A DNA stretch of 64,000 nt from Callorhinchus milii. Its lineage: Eukaryota. The translations under genes and the position numbers were made by a program. Of the stretch, positions 50,110 to 62,027 are shown piece after piece (positions within the stretch are counted from its first letter, which is position 1; every line of letters begins with the position of its first letter). Under the pieces are notes generated by a model. That model did not search any database, was not told the DNA's origin, and saw only the letters and a program-made list of their open reading frames with translations. The DNA lies in contig NW_024704743.1 in assembly GCF_018977255.1 (NCBI RefSeq), positions 95,048,001 through 95,112,000 on the forward strand, written 5' to 3'.

Positions 50110-51287
50110 AGAAGGAGCAAGAGAGCAATATCTATGGAGCTGATGTTATACAACACAACATTTATAGAGCGCTTTTCATGTCGGGAGGACATCCCAAAGC
50201 GCTGAACAATCAGGTGTAGAGCTATAATACTGTATCAATGACATACAGATAAAATGGAGAGAAAATTTGGATGCCAGAGATGATGAAAGGATCATTTAGC
50301 AAACATGAAGCCTTTTTTACTGTTCTGTTCAAGGGAGCTAGTGAAATTTTATGTAAATATGCTTTATATATTATATTACATTAAAACAATGTTTGCCAGT
50401 AAGCAGCAGAGTTTTTTCCTTGAATTGTGCCAAAATAAAGAAAAAACCATAAATCTCATGTATTTGCTTATATATCAAACTAGGAAAATCAAGGCTATAA
50501 TGCTCAGATATTAATCCATTAATGTCGAACAAAGGATCAATCAATAGTGCATTGTTCTCTTAAACAGTTACAGATCTAGAGTCAAGCCCAATTGTATAAA
50601 TGAATCCAAACATCAGTTGTACGCAATGCTTTTGTCCTGAAGATTTACATAGTCCTCAATGCATTTGATGTGCACACAAACCTTTGCGTGCAAACAGATT
50701 ATTCCTAAAATCATTCTCACAAAGCAATCCATATACTTGTACTGTCTACGCTTGCTCAGTGAAATATCTCTTTAACATTATAAGTTTCAATCTATGCCAA
50801 GGAGAATAATTCTATTAGCTATTAGCTGGAGTTAGATTAGAAGATTAGCCATGATTGAATGGCGGGGCAGGCTGTTCCTGCTCCTACATGTTATGTTATG
50901 TTATGTTATGAGAAAAGAAAAATATTTGGGGTAGCATAATTCTACCTCTTTATCTAAATTTGATTAACAAAATTCTCAGTGGGTTGTAACTATTTTTGAA
51001 CATCCATTGCAACTAGTCTATAATTTTATTATGTTGGGAGCAAAGGACAAACAGCTATCAATGGTACTTACAACAACAACTTGTATTTACTTACCAGAAA
51101 AGCCCTGACATAACAGTAAAATCAGTAATATATACTCGACATATGTATATCAGAAAGCATTGGGTGCATTTTTGCTTAACCAGATTAGTGAAGGAATATG
51201 AGAATATAAAAGGTTATGGGGGAAACAGAAGGTCAATGGAATTATAATAGATAGTTCCAGTGGGTAAACTAATATTTGTACTTTCTT

Positions 51288-51505
51288 ATAATAATAATAA
51301 TAATCCTTGCATTTGATATAGCGTTTCTCACGTCGGGAGGACGTCCCAAAGCGCTTCACAGAACACACTGTAAAGTGAATTGACTGTATATTTGTGGGCG
51401 AACGCGGCAGCCAATTGCGCACAGCAATGTCCCACAAACAGTCGTAGATTGAAAATGACCAATTTTTATTATTGTTTTTGGTTTTGGAGGGATTATTATT
51501 AGGCG
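51288..51505 (-). mobile_element. 5'-truncated SINE, short young variant
   Basis: Near-identical to the 3' two-thirds of 33824-34147. Confidence 0.88.
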
Positions 51506-52009
51506 TTATGTTGGATGAGCTCTTGGTCTGCAGTAATTTCTATGTGAGAAGAGTTGATGCAGGAAGAGATTGATATAAGGACTAAACTGTGGCAACATTA
51601 ACAACTCACACCCTTTTGGCCCACTCATGCAAAATAAGTGTCTTGAAGCCGCATCATCACGTCTTCAATCAATCAATCTTAATCGTGTTGAAATTGCATC
51701 GACTAATATCTGGCATTTATTTATATTGGACGTGTGAAATCTTTTCAGGTTTTGACCGTGCATTTAAAAAAAAAGCGTGTGTTTTGGATTTATTGCCGTG
51801 TCAATTAATAATGTCAGGTTTCATATACACAGGTAATATAAAACTAAAGTATTGTAATTATGCAGCAAGTCCGCATCCAGTGCATTCTCTACCATCCAGT
51901 GCATTGACCCACTGCTGTTTACATGATCACTGCCTGAAAGACCAACTCAACCCTGAGTACAAATCGGCCCAAAATTGTGCCCAAAATTGGCCACTTTGAT
52001 GACAGGTAA

Positions 52010-52545
52010 CGTTGGGCTACTTTCGGGCTAGTTTTTGGGCTACAACCCGCTCAACCCGCGGCCAGACGGCTGCCCACCAGGCGGAGGTGGTGCTGCGGTG
52101 GGGCCGGGAGGCGGCGCTCGGTGTCGAGGCGGGGACAGCCTCCCCCCCCCCCCCCCCCCCCAGGCCCCGAGCCGAGCGTGTGACTCCGGGAATGGCGATG
52201 AGCGCTCAGCGCGGCACAACTCCACTCCGAGTACAGCCCCCAGGACACCCGCAGCAGCGCCCACAGCCACAGCCCGGACACGGCCGCCGCCGCCGCCGCC
52301 GCGCACGCACTCCAACCGCCGCCGCGCGAGATGGGGTTGGGCCGCGGCTGATCAGCTGCCGCCGCTCGTGCCCTCGCCCCGCGCGGCGCCCCCCGACCGC
52401 CAGACATGGAGGCGGCCACCGCTCACCGGGAGATACAGTGGAGCGGCGTGGCTCTGCCGCTCGACCTGCTCGTCAGCTCCTACCGACTACCCCAACTCGT
52501 CAGGCTGGACACCGGTGAGAGACGCTGAGCAAGGCCGAACCCGCC
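52010..52545 (+). promoter_or_regulatory. CpG island / promoter and 5' UTR of GAREM1
   Basis: Very high GC/CpG content, poly-C tract 52142-52161, (GCC)n near 52283-52301; encloses the first coding exon. Confidence 0.85.
52406..52514 (+). CDS. GAREM1: GRB2-associated regulator of MAPK 1, coding exon 1 ([37 protein letters not shown])
   Basis: gacATGG Kozak context, in-frame upstream TGA at 52349, |gtgaga donor; matches recalled GAREM1 WSSVAVPLDLLVSTYRLPQIARLD; synteny with KLHL14. Confidence 0.92.
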
Positions 52546-53612
52546 TGGGCATCCGGTGTATTGAGGGTCTGGGTATCGGGTGTATTGAGGGTCTGGGTAT
52601 CGGGTGTACTGAGGGTCTGGGTATCGGGTGAACTGAGGGTCTGGGTATCGGGTGTATTGAGGGTCTGGGTATCGGGTGTATTGAGGGTCTGGGCATCCGG
52701 TGTATTGAGGGTCTGGGTATCGGGTGTATTGAGGGTCTGGGTATCGGGTGTATTGAGGGTCTGGGCATCCGGTGTATTGAGGGTCTGGGCATCGGGTGTA
52801 TTGAGGGTCTGGGTATCGGGTGTATTGAGGGTCTGGGTATCGGGTGTATTGAGGGTCTGGGCATCCGGTGTATTGAGGGTCTGGGTATCGGGTGTATTGA
52901 GGGTCTGGGTATCGGGTGTATTGAGGGTCTGGGTATCGGGTGTATTGAGGGTCTGGGTATCGGGTGTATTGAGGGTCTGGGTATCGGGTGTATTGAGGGT
53001 CTGGGTATCGGGTGTATTGAGGGTCTGGGTATCCGGTGTATTGAGGGTCTGGGTATCGGGTGTATTGAGGGTCTGGGTATCGGGTGTATTGAGGGTCTGG
53101 GTATCGGGTGTATTGAGGGTCTGGGTATCGGGTGTATTGAGGGTCTGGGTATCGGGTGTATTGAGGGTCTGGGTATCCGGTGTATTGAGGGTCTGGGTAT
53201 CGGGTGTATTGAGGGTCTGGGTATCGGGTGTATTGAGGGTCTGGGTATCGGGTGTATTGAGGGTCTGGGTATCGGTGTATTGAGGGTCTGGGTATCGGGT
53301 GTATTGAGGGTCTGGGTATCGGGTGTATTGAGGGTCTGGGTATCGGGTGTATTGAGGGTCTGGGTATCGGGTGTATTGAGGGTCTGGGTATCCGGTGTAT
53401 TGAGGGTCTGGGTATCGGGTGTATTGAGGGTCTGGGTATCGGGTGTATTGAGGGTCTGGGTATCGGGTGTATTGAGGGTCTGGGTATCGGGTGTATTGAG
53501 GGTCTGGGTATCGGGTGTATTGAGGGTCTGGGTATCGGGTGTATTGAGGGTCTGGGTATCGGGTGTATTTAGGGTCTGGGTATCGGGTGTATTGAGGGTC
53601 TGGGTATCGGGT
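52545..53612 (+). repeat. 24-bp minisatellite (GGGTGTATTGAGGGTCTGGGTATC) x about 44
   Basis: Directly visible tandem array with few variants (ggcatcc, atcc, one 1-nt deletion near 53274); residual units at 53923-53958 and about 54200-54225. Confidence 0.98.
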
Positions 53613-53922
53613 GGAGTCCTGTAGCTCAGTGGTTAGAGCACTCGCTTTGCAAGCGAGACCTGGGTTCAATTCCAGGCAGTCAGGGCGAAACCTTGGGCAA
53701 GTTTCCTTACTCCACACCCCTGATAATAATCCCTCCAAAAAAACAATAATAAATTGATCATTTTTAATCCACCATTTTTTGTGGGACACTGCTGTGCGCA
53801 ATTGGTTGCTGCGTTTCGCCCACAAATATACAGTCAATTCACTTTACAGCGATTCTGTGAAGTGCTTTGAGACGTCTAGAAGACGTAAAAAGCACTATAT
53901 CAAATGCAAGGATTATTTATTT
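53613..53922 (+). mobile_element. Full-length SINE inserted in the minisatellite
   Basis: Head ggagtcctgtagctcagtggttagagcactcgctttgcaagcgag; minisatellite units on both sides. Confidence 0.92.
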
Positions 53923-56900
53923 GGGTATATTGAGGGTCTGGGTATCGGGGGATATTAGAAACATAGAAACAGAACTAGGCCATTCAGCCCCTTTAGCCTG
54001 TTCCCCCATTCTGTAAGATCATGGCTGATCTGCACCTCAATTCCAATTACTTGCTCTTGCCCCGTGTCTCTTGATATCCTGACCTAACAAATAGCTATCC
54101 ACCTCAGTTTTGAAGGTGTGAATGAAACCAGTAGCTACAGCCTTTTGGGGAGAGAGTTCCAGATTTCCACTATCCTTTGGGTGAAAATTTACTCTCCTTT
54201 GGGGTATTAAGGGTCTGGTATGGGATGTAGAGAGAGATTGTAATGAGTTTGATTGAAGTGACTGAAGTGTTTAATTGGCGGCTTGTGTGGTGAAATGCAG
54301 CAGTCATTGTAGAGTTTTTTTTGTTTTGGGGTTGTGCTGGACTCGAGGAAACTCAAGTAGTGTATTTCTAAATTACATCAAAATATTTTTTACAATTTAG
54401 TTTTGAAGTCTAAATATTCATCTGAATATGTTAGGTTTTCAGTGTAATAATAATAATCCTTGCATTTGATATAGCACTTTTCACGTCTTCTCAACGTCTC
54501 AAAGGGCTTCACAGAATAGAGTGTAAAGTGAATTGACTGTATTTTTGTGGGTGAAACAATTGCGCACAGCAGTGTCCCACAAACAGTCGTAATTTTACTC
54601 AAAAGCTGTTTAGTATAATAATAATCCTTGCATTTGATATGGCACCTTATCATGTCTCAAAGCGCTTTACAAAATATACTATAAAGTGAATTGACTATAT
54701 TTTGTGGGCGAAATAGAGTACAGTAATACTGTATGTAAATTTAACACATTGACGCGCAGGGGTGGGGTTTTTTCGTAGAATGTTTGGTTGCGTATGATCG
54801 GGAATTGGTTTTGGTTGGTTGTAAATTGAATTGTGTAGAGCTGTGTAGAGCTGATATGTGCTTTGCGATACTGTCTCCAAAGGTTCGGTTTTTCAGTTTG
54901 AGTGGTAGCTCCTGAAAGAAGTGTGGTTATAACTAACCTCGCAAATTTCTTGGAAACTGATGCAATAAATCAGTGCATTTCAGTGTCTGTGTACAATTTG
55001 TTCTGTTTTGGAAGTGGGGAAGGTTACTGTTTCTGCCCCCCCCCACCCATTGTATATTGTTTATGGATCAAAGATAGGATGTCTCCCACTAAAGGGAGCT
55101 AAATGTGTAAATGAACTAAATATGAACTTTGTTTCCTTGTGGGATACATTTTAACCCTTAAAATGCAGGTTTTCAGAAATTCCAGGAAATGAGCACTAAG
55201 GATATTCTAATGAAATGTTTGAAATGTCAGCAGTAACGTCAGTTCTGTAATGTATCATTGAAGTAACCAATGTTAAATTAAATTCTGGGTTCCCTGGTTC
55301 CTTCTATTTTTAGTTGTTTTGTTAATCCCAATTAACATAACCTTTTTTGAGTCTTGGCTTCCATTGACCATTTTAAATTTGGAAGCAACTTTAGAATAAT
55401 TAGCTGGAAAGGACTGTTTTGCTTGCCCACTCAAAACCTATGAAGTGTAAACCTGGACACAATTGCGTAGTAGACATGGCCTTTTCAGCTTCTTGACATT
55501 TGATATACTGCTTATACAGTAGCATTGAAAAATACCAAAGACCCCTGTAGGTATTTTTAATGTTTTCTTGTATGTTGGCTAACACAAGAGACAACCTGTC
55601 ACATACCATAATTTGATTATTCATTAGTGTTGTATGGGATAACATTGGGGAGAATAAACTTCAGTTCCAGGCATTTCTGACCTAATTGTAGCACTTTGTT
55701 TTGCTGATCCTTCTTGTTCCCGAGGGGGGAGTGAGGAGAAGAGGCTAAGTAGGTTTTTGTTGGAGATGTGCTGCCTCCAAGGTAACATGTTTGACATTGG
55801 AATTTCAAAATTATTATAATAATCCTTGCATTTGATACAGCAACTTATCACGTCATTGAGATGTCACAAAGTGCTTCATAAGGATATACTGTTAAGTGGA
55901 TTGGCTCTGTATTTAGTTAGTGAAAATTAACTAAATACAGTCTGTGGTGGTCTCCATAGTTCAGTTCCTGAACCAGGTGGGACTGCTGATGACAGACCAG
56001 CTAGCCTTGCTCATTGACAGAACTTGGAGAGACAGACTGATCACTGGGACTAGGTATTCTTCCCACTTGTTAACTGTGCAAGTCTTGATGGTTAGGGATG
56101 GCCTTAGATGGACAAGCAGTGGAAACCTTGCCACATGTTTGTGGAACTCCATCTGAAACTCTGTTTGGATAATCTGAGGTGTGGTGATGCTTTTCCATAT
56201 GTCAGACATTCTGCTGACCAAAGTAATAAATGATTACAGGCTGCCTTTTACCAGTATAAAAAGGTGAATGTATCTTTGTAGATTTTTAAAAAATGAAACT
56301 TGGTTATTTTTTGGAGGAAGAGATTGAAATGACTTCTTTCACCCTCGCCCTTTTGTTTCCACAATCACTCATCACTGACTTTTTTGAACCTTGGCAGCGT
56401 GCTGCACAATAGTTATTGGGCTCTCATCTATGTTTTCCATAGAAGATGTCTCAACTTGTGTTTCAACAGAGCTTAAATTTCTCATGTTGATAGCAAGCTG
56501 TAAAACCCCAAAAAGCAGTTGCTCTTCATTCTCTTTCTCCCCCCACCCACCCATAAGTCTCTGCACTTCAATCCATCAAGCTGTGATAAAGAATTTTCCT
56601 GATCTTGAGATAAAAATACAGATCATATTTCTGACCTGATTATTGATGTGCAATTACCCTCTTATTTACGATTTGGGCTTTCAGATTAATTGCCACAGTC
56701 TGATTTGACAGCCATCAATTAAATCTTGGGAATCTCACCAAAAGTTGTATTTTGCGAAAGATGGTGGTGAAATAAAATTGGTTGAAAATTTAAATAGTTT
56801 TTACTTTTTTCCCCATTTATCATTGGATCAGACGTATACGTGTTTGTACTTGAATTGGGTGTACTCATCCATTTGAATAGATTTTTTACTGTCTGGATTC

Positions 56901-57289
56901 CCATGTTGTCAGCCCCGATATAATGTAGTTCATGTAGATTTTTCATTGTGGTACAATTTTTCTTCCATTCTTTTAATTTTACACTTCAATTTGGCATGGT
57001 TCCTAAATTCATACCATAAATCTTTATCCTGGTTTGTTGTCTCTAGTGTAGTAAGTTTGTGTGGTGTTTATTTTGGCCCCAGTGTGCAGTGCAATATGGT
57101 GAGCTGAATGTCGTATGGAGGGAATTTTTACTAGAAATCATATCTCTGGTTTCAGACTTGGAATCTTGGGAGAGAAAAGTGTCTCAGATGTTGCTGAAAA
57201 ATAGGGTATACGTTTTAATGAAAGATCACCCCACTCCATTAAGTAACGTTTATAGTTTATATTCATTGGGATTATAATTTATACAAAAA

Positions 57290-58118
57290 TGTACTCTGCA
57301 GCCCGTGTCCTCTCCCGCACCAGGCTCCGTGACTATCCCCTCATCCTTGCCCAACTCCACTGGCTTACCATCACACAGAAGATAGATACAGTTCAAGATC
57401 CTGGTCTTCACCTCCAAAGCCCTGCATCCTTTTGCTCTCCCCTACCTCTGCGATCTCCTAACCCTTTACCATCCTGTCTGCTCCCTCTGCTCAGCGGGCT
57501 CTGGCCCGCTTCAGGTCCCCCGTCTCGCTCACCCCACCATTGGCGTGCGGGCCTTCTGCCACTCCGCCCCACCCTTTGGAACTCCATCCCGCAGTCCCTC
57601 CACCTCGCCCCGCTCCTTTGCTTTCTTCAAGACCAATCTCAAGACCCTCCTCTTCGATCCTGCTTTCGATTACCCTGCTTCCCCCATTGTACTCCCCCGA
57701 TCTCGGCCCCCAGCTTGGGTCTGAAACTCTGACTGTCCAGCGCCTTGGGATGTCCTCCTGACGTGAAAAGCGCTATAATAATAATAATCCTTGCATTTGA
57801 TATAGCGCTTTTCATGACTTCTAGACATCTCAAAGCGCTTCACAGAATATGCTGTAAAGTGAATTGACTGTATATTTGTGGGTGAAACGCGGCAGCCAAT
57901 TGCACACAGCAGTGTCCCACAAAACAGTGGTCGATTGAAAATGACCAATTTATTATTGTTTTTGTTTTTTGGAGGGATTATTATTAGGCGTGTGGAGTAA
58001 GGAAACTTGCCCAAGGTTTCGCCCTGCCTGGAATTGAACCCAGGTGTCTCGCTTGCAAGGCAAGTGCTCCAACCACTGAGCTACAGGACTCCTATACAAA
58101 TGTAATTTTGTTGTTGTA
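57290..58118 (+). mobile_element. L2 3' fragment whose tail is split by a SINE
   Basis: SAARVLSRTRL..LHWL peptide; tail ...gtgaaaagcgctata [SINE] tatacaaatgtaattttgttgttg. Confidence 0.85.
57776..58092 (-). mobile_element. Full-length SINE nested in an L2 tail
   Basis: Complete reverse-complement copy, with short (c)tata duplicated at its flanks. Confidence 0.9.
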
Positions 58119-58238
58119 ATTCTTGAGGTCATCAACCACATTCTCAAGACATTTGAATATTTATTAAGAATGTTTATTAAAACTTAATTTCACTTAACAA
58201 TAAACTGAATAAACTGGCCTCCCTCCACTACCATCCAT

Positions 58239-59220
58239 ACCCGTTGCCTTTCTTCCGCCGGATCTGGCCTCCTCCTTGTTCCGAGTCCTCCGCTCCACCC
58301 TTGGCGGCTGTGCCTTCAGCCACTATGCCCCGAGGCTCTGGAACTCCCTTCCTCACTCCCTTCACCTCGCTCCCTCTCTCCTATTTTCAGGTCCCTGCTG
58401 AAGACCTTTCTCTTCGATCACGCCTTTGGTCAACCTTCCTCCCCATCCCCCTGGCTCAGCCCTGGGATCCGTTACTGTAAAGCACTCTGAGACGCTGCCC
58501 CAATATGGAGGGCGCTATATAAATCCAAGTTGTTGTTGAAATAAATGAATAGTGACAGGGAGTGAAGTGAAAAATATTAGGTCTGCTCCATCAGGGAACC
58601 AATCTTCAAAAATAGTTTGAACAAGCACAATGCTAACATTTCCATGTTTAATACATCTCACATCTTCTATCTTCATCAGCCATCAACAATGCCTTGGAAT
58701 ACTGTGGACCCACTTGACTCAGGAACCAGACCACCTAAACTGCGCAGGAGGTTGACTTGACTTTAATATTCTGTTGTAAAACATGTTACCTTGGCGCTTA
58801 CTTCCTCTTGTACTTCCCTTCCCCAAGAAAGTCACTAGTTGCTCATTTGACAGCCAATAAATACAGCTTTGTACCCTCACTAAGTGGATAACAGATGCCA
58901 GGAACTCCTTGGTTTAAGCCTCTTAGTGAGCAGCACAACTTTGCATAAAATGTATGAGAGCTTTGCACCATCCTCTTGGCACCACCTGGAGCAGTTATAC
59001 AGAAAATATTCTTTATGAAGTTCTGGAATGTACCATAAAAAAATTGTATAGATTGTTTTTATACCTGACGTTTCACACAGAATAAACATTCCAGGCTACA
59101 AGTTACTGAAAATATTACTATATTCCATTATTTGTCCAAACAACTGAAATTCATACTTACCCATTTAAAAGATCTGCTTGTGCTGATTAAAATAGCCCCA
59201 CATTTCAAAGTACGAATGGA
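58239..59220. repeat. Inverted duplication, copy B (L2 3' end plus unique flank) in GAREM1 intron 1
   Basis: 58452-58781 is the exact reverse complement of 37902-38231. Confidence 0.95.
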
Positions 59221-59932
59221 CATATCTTAAATTAATCTTGCATTTCCCCCAAAAATGTTTTTAATAATCCTTCATAAATATGTAAATACTTGGAAAATGT
59301 TTTACTGGTCTGCTCAATTTGTGCAACACTTTTGTTGTGTGAGCAGGTCTACCTCTGTGGGATGATCAGATTTGTACAGTTTCAGATATTGCTAAACAGG
59401 ATAGCTACTTCTTAAATAACTATTCCACCTTTAAAATCTTTCATTTAGCTTATCACAAGCATGAGCATAGTTTCTATATGTGCACTGATGTCCAACTCTG
59501 CTCCACTATTACTCTTGAAGAGGACATTTGCTGTTTTATTACCTATCTGGCATAAATCTAACTTTCTACAGCTCAACATCAAACAATACAAGTCATCTTG
59601 ATCGGCTGTTGGCAGCTGTAAAGGGTTTGTCTCGAATTTCATTAACCTCCCTGGTTCCTCAATCAGGCTTAATTCAGAGTGCAACCTTGACAGTGTTTCA
59701 TCTCAACCTATTTCAAACCCCAATCCATCACTACCTGAAATGTTCACAGTAATGGAGATTTGGGCTGATGTTAAAAATCTGTTTCAAATTATGACTTAGT
59801 GCATCACTTGTCTTTTTCTAAAAGCTTATATTTTTGTTCATAATTTGAAAGTTTTATTAAGTGGATAATGGGGGTAATTATTATTTTGGAGCTCATGCTC
59901 GCTTGTATAACACTAGTCACCTCACTGTACAG

Positions 59933-60137
59933 CAGTGGTGGCCAACCTTTTTGTTGGCTAACAAAATAAATTTTCTTGATTGCTTTATGCCATAAATCAA
60001 GAAATATTCAATCAAGAAAAAACACATTATTGATTGAACACGGACTTACCTAGACTAGTAGGTAAGTTCGTTAGGGCCATTACTTGATGGCTTCTTGGGC
60101 AACTTCCGGCCCACGGGCCATTGGTTGACCACTACTG
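59933..60137. mobile_element. hAT (Charlie-like) MITE
   Basis: 15-bp TIRs cagtggtggccaacc / ggttgaccactactg (13/15 match); 8-bp TSD ctgtacag / ctttacag (7/8 match). Confidence 0.8.
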
Positions 60138-60299
60138 CTTTACAGTGAATCCTGTGAAGTGCTTTGGGATATTTTGACAAATTGATGAAGTGCTATATCA
60201 AATGCATTATTTATAAAGATATGCAACTTGGGAAATCAGTCATACTCTTAGTACATAAGTTTTGAGCTGAGAGAAACATCTTTGAAATTTGGTCCCTGA

Positions 60300-60535
60300 T
60301 CATTGTTGTTCGAATTTGGAATGATCTGCCTGAAAGGGTAGTCAAGTTCAATTCGATAACAGCTTTTAAGAGAGAACTGGATAGGTATCTGGGGAAGACG
60401 GGTTTGCAGGGTTATCGGGAGAAAGCTGGTGAGTGGGGTTAGTGAAAGTGACTTGCTCTATCAAAGAGCCGGCACAGACTCGATGGGCCGAATGGCCTTC
60501 TTCTGTGCTGTAATATTCTATGAATCTATGAATCA
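60300..60535 (+). mobile_element. CR1-clade LINE 3' end
   Basis: tggaatgatctgcctg...gatgggccgaatggcct...ttctatgaatctatgaatc tail; similar fragments at about 3830-4370(-), 46450-46680(+), 50830-50910(+), 53955-54200(-). Confidence 0.75.
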
Positions 60536-61182
60536 TTTGAAAATTTGGAAAGCTGTATTTTTTTTGCAGCAACTTCAGTCTGAGGACATTAGAGCTCCGT
60601 TGTTTTATTGAAGTGACCAGTTTCTTTAACAAAAAATGCAGTCATATACTCAAAATACCCTAGCAATTTATCAGCGATTTGCTCCCTAGTTCTTTCTATG
60701 CAGAACATACTGAGATTTAGATCCCATCAGAAGTTTATTTTTATTGCTTCATCTGAACAAGAAAATAAATATGTTTTTTTCTTTACATAAAGATCTTTAT
60801 TTCTGGTTTTCCCATATCTCTTAGAAATTAATATGAATGAATAATCAAAGTGGGTGCTCAGAAATTCTAATTTTGAAGCAGTTTATTCTTTTGAGAACCA
60901 ATGTTAAAAAAATAAAATTGTGGTGTGACAAAATCATAGGCATATTCTCTCCATTATGTATAAGCTTGGATTTGATAATTGTTTCAACTTTGACATCAAG
61001 CTATCTGAGTTCATCATTCTAATTTCTGAGCCCCATTTTTGTGATGGGGGAATTGAAGTAGGACATATTAGTCTGCGAAATAAAAAATTAACAATAAGCA
61101 CTTAAAATTAAATGTAATGATCTAGCATGACCATGGAAATACCCTTGAAAGTATATCTATTATGGTTTGCTAATGACAATGA

Positions 61183-61428
<246 letters not shown>

Positions 61429-61660
61429 TAAAGACATACGATAGCTCCCACAGGTACTGTTGTGTAGACTTTTATTATAGAAGTGTTGTTGGCGATATGC
61501 TTTGATGTAAATCTGAGATAAAATGAGAAATTGTTGGTGCTGCATTGACATTCAAAGAATCCTGCTTTTCCTAACTGTTTATAGTTTGAAACTTCGGTGC
61601 TAAGCATTCTACAGAACAACACATATAGGATTTCTGAAGAAGTTGAGTATATTTGTGTCA

Positions 61661-61705
61661 CTGTTGGTAGAATTGCTATTGCATCAATAGCAATTCTACC
61701 AACAG
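61661..61705. repeat. Perfect 21-bp inverted repeat with 3-nt spacer
   Basis: ctgttggtagaattgctattg-cat-caatagcaattctaccaacag. Confidence 0.97.
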
Positions 61706-62027
61706 ACTGCCAATGAAAAAGATGCTTTCCAGCATTCTTGATTCCCTCTCAGACCCAAATTTGGATGTTGGCAGGATAAGTAGTTTGTATCTGCATGTTT
61801 ACATCCACCTGCAGCCAAGACTCATTTCTTGACACTGGAGTTCAGAGCTGCCTTGCTGGACATAGTAGCGAGCCTTTCCCTGTTATGGGAATCATTTCCT
61901 GCAGTGATTTAAAAATGTAAGTATGTTGAGATTACCTTAAATGTACTTGTGATTCCTTTTAAGTAACCAATTTAATAATTCAAAATAAATCCTTTAGATT
62001 ATCATGTTCATTAAAGCTTCTGCGTCA

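Noticed and set aside
52545..53612. CRISPR-like array
   Set aside because: Units are contiguous with no unique spacers, there are no cas genes, and the DNA is vertebrate.
53613..53690. tRNA-Ala(TGC) gene (also at 27734, 34230 and other sites)
   Set aside because: No proper acceptor stem and always fused to the same SINE body and tail; these are SINE heads.
52487..53837. Long ORFs (445 aa, 240 aa, 125 aa, 114 aa) with perfect 8-aa repeats
   Set aside because: They are translations of the 24-bp minisatellite and adjacent SINE, open in several frames on both strands, inside GAREM1 intron 1.
58239..59220. Classic L2 3' transduction as the origin of copy B
   Set aside because: No tail repeat or poly(A) at 59220, and the microhomology junction is at copy A. 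Not excluded, but less well supported than recombinational copying.
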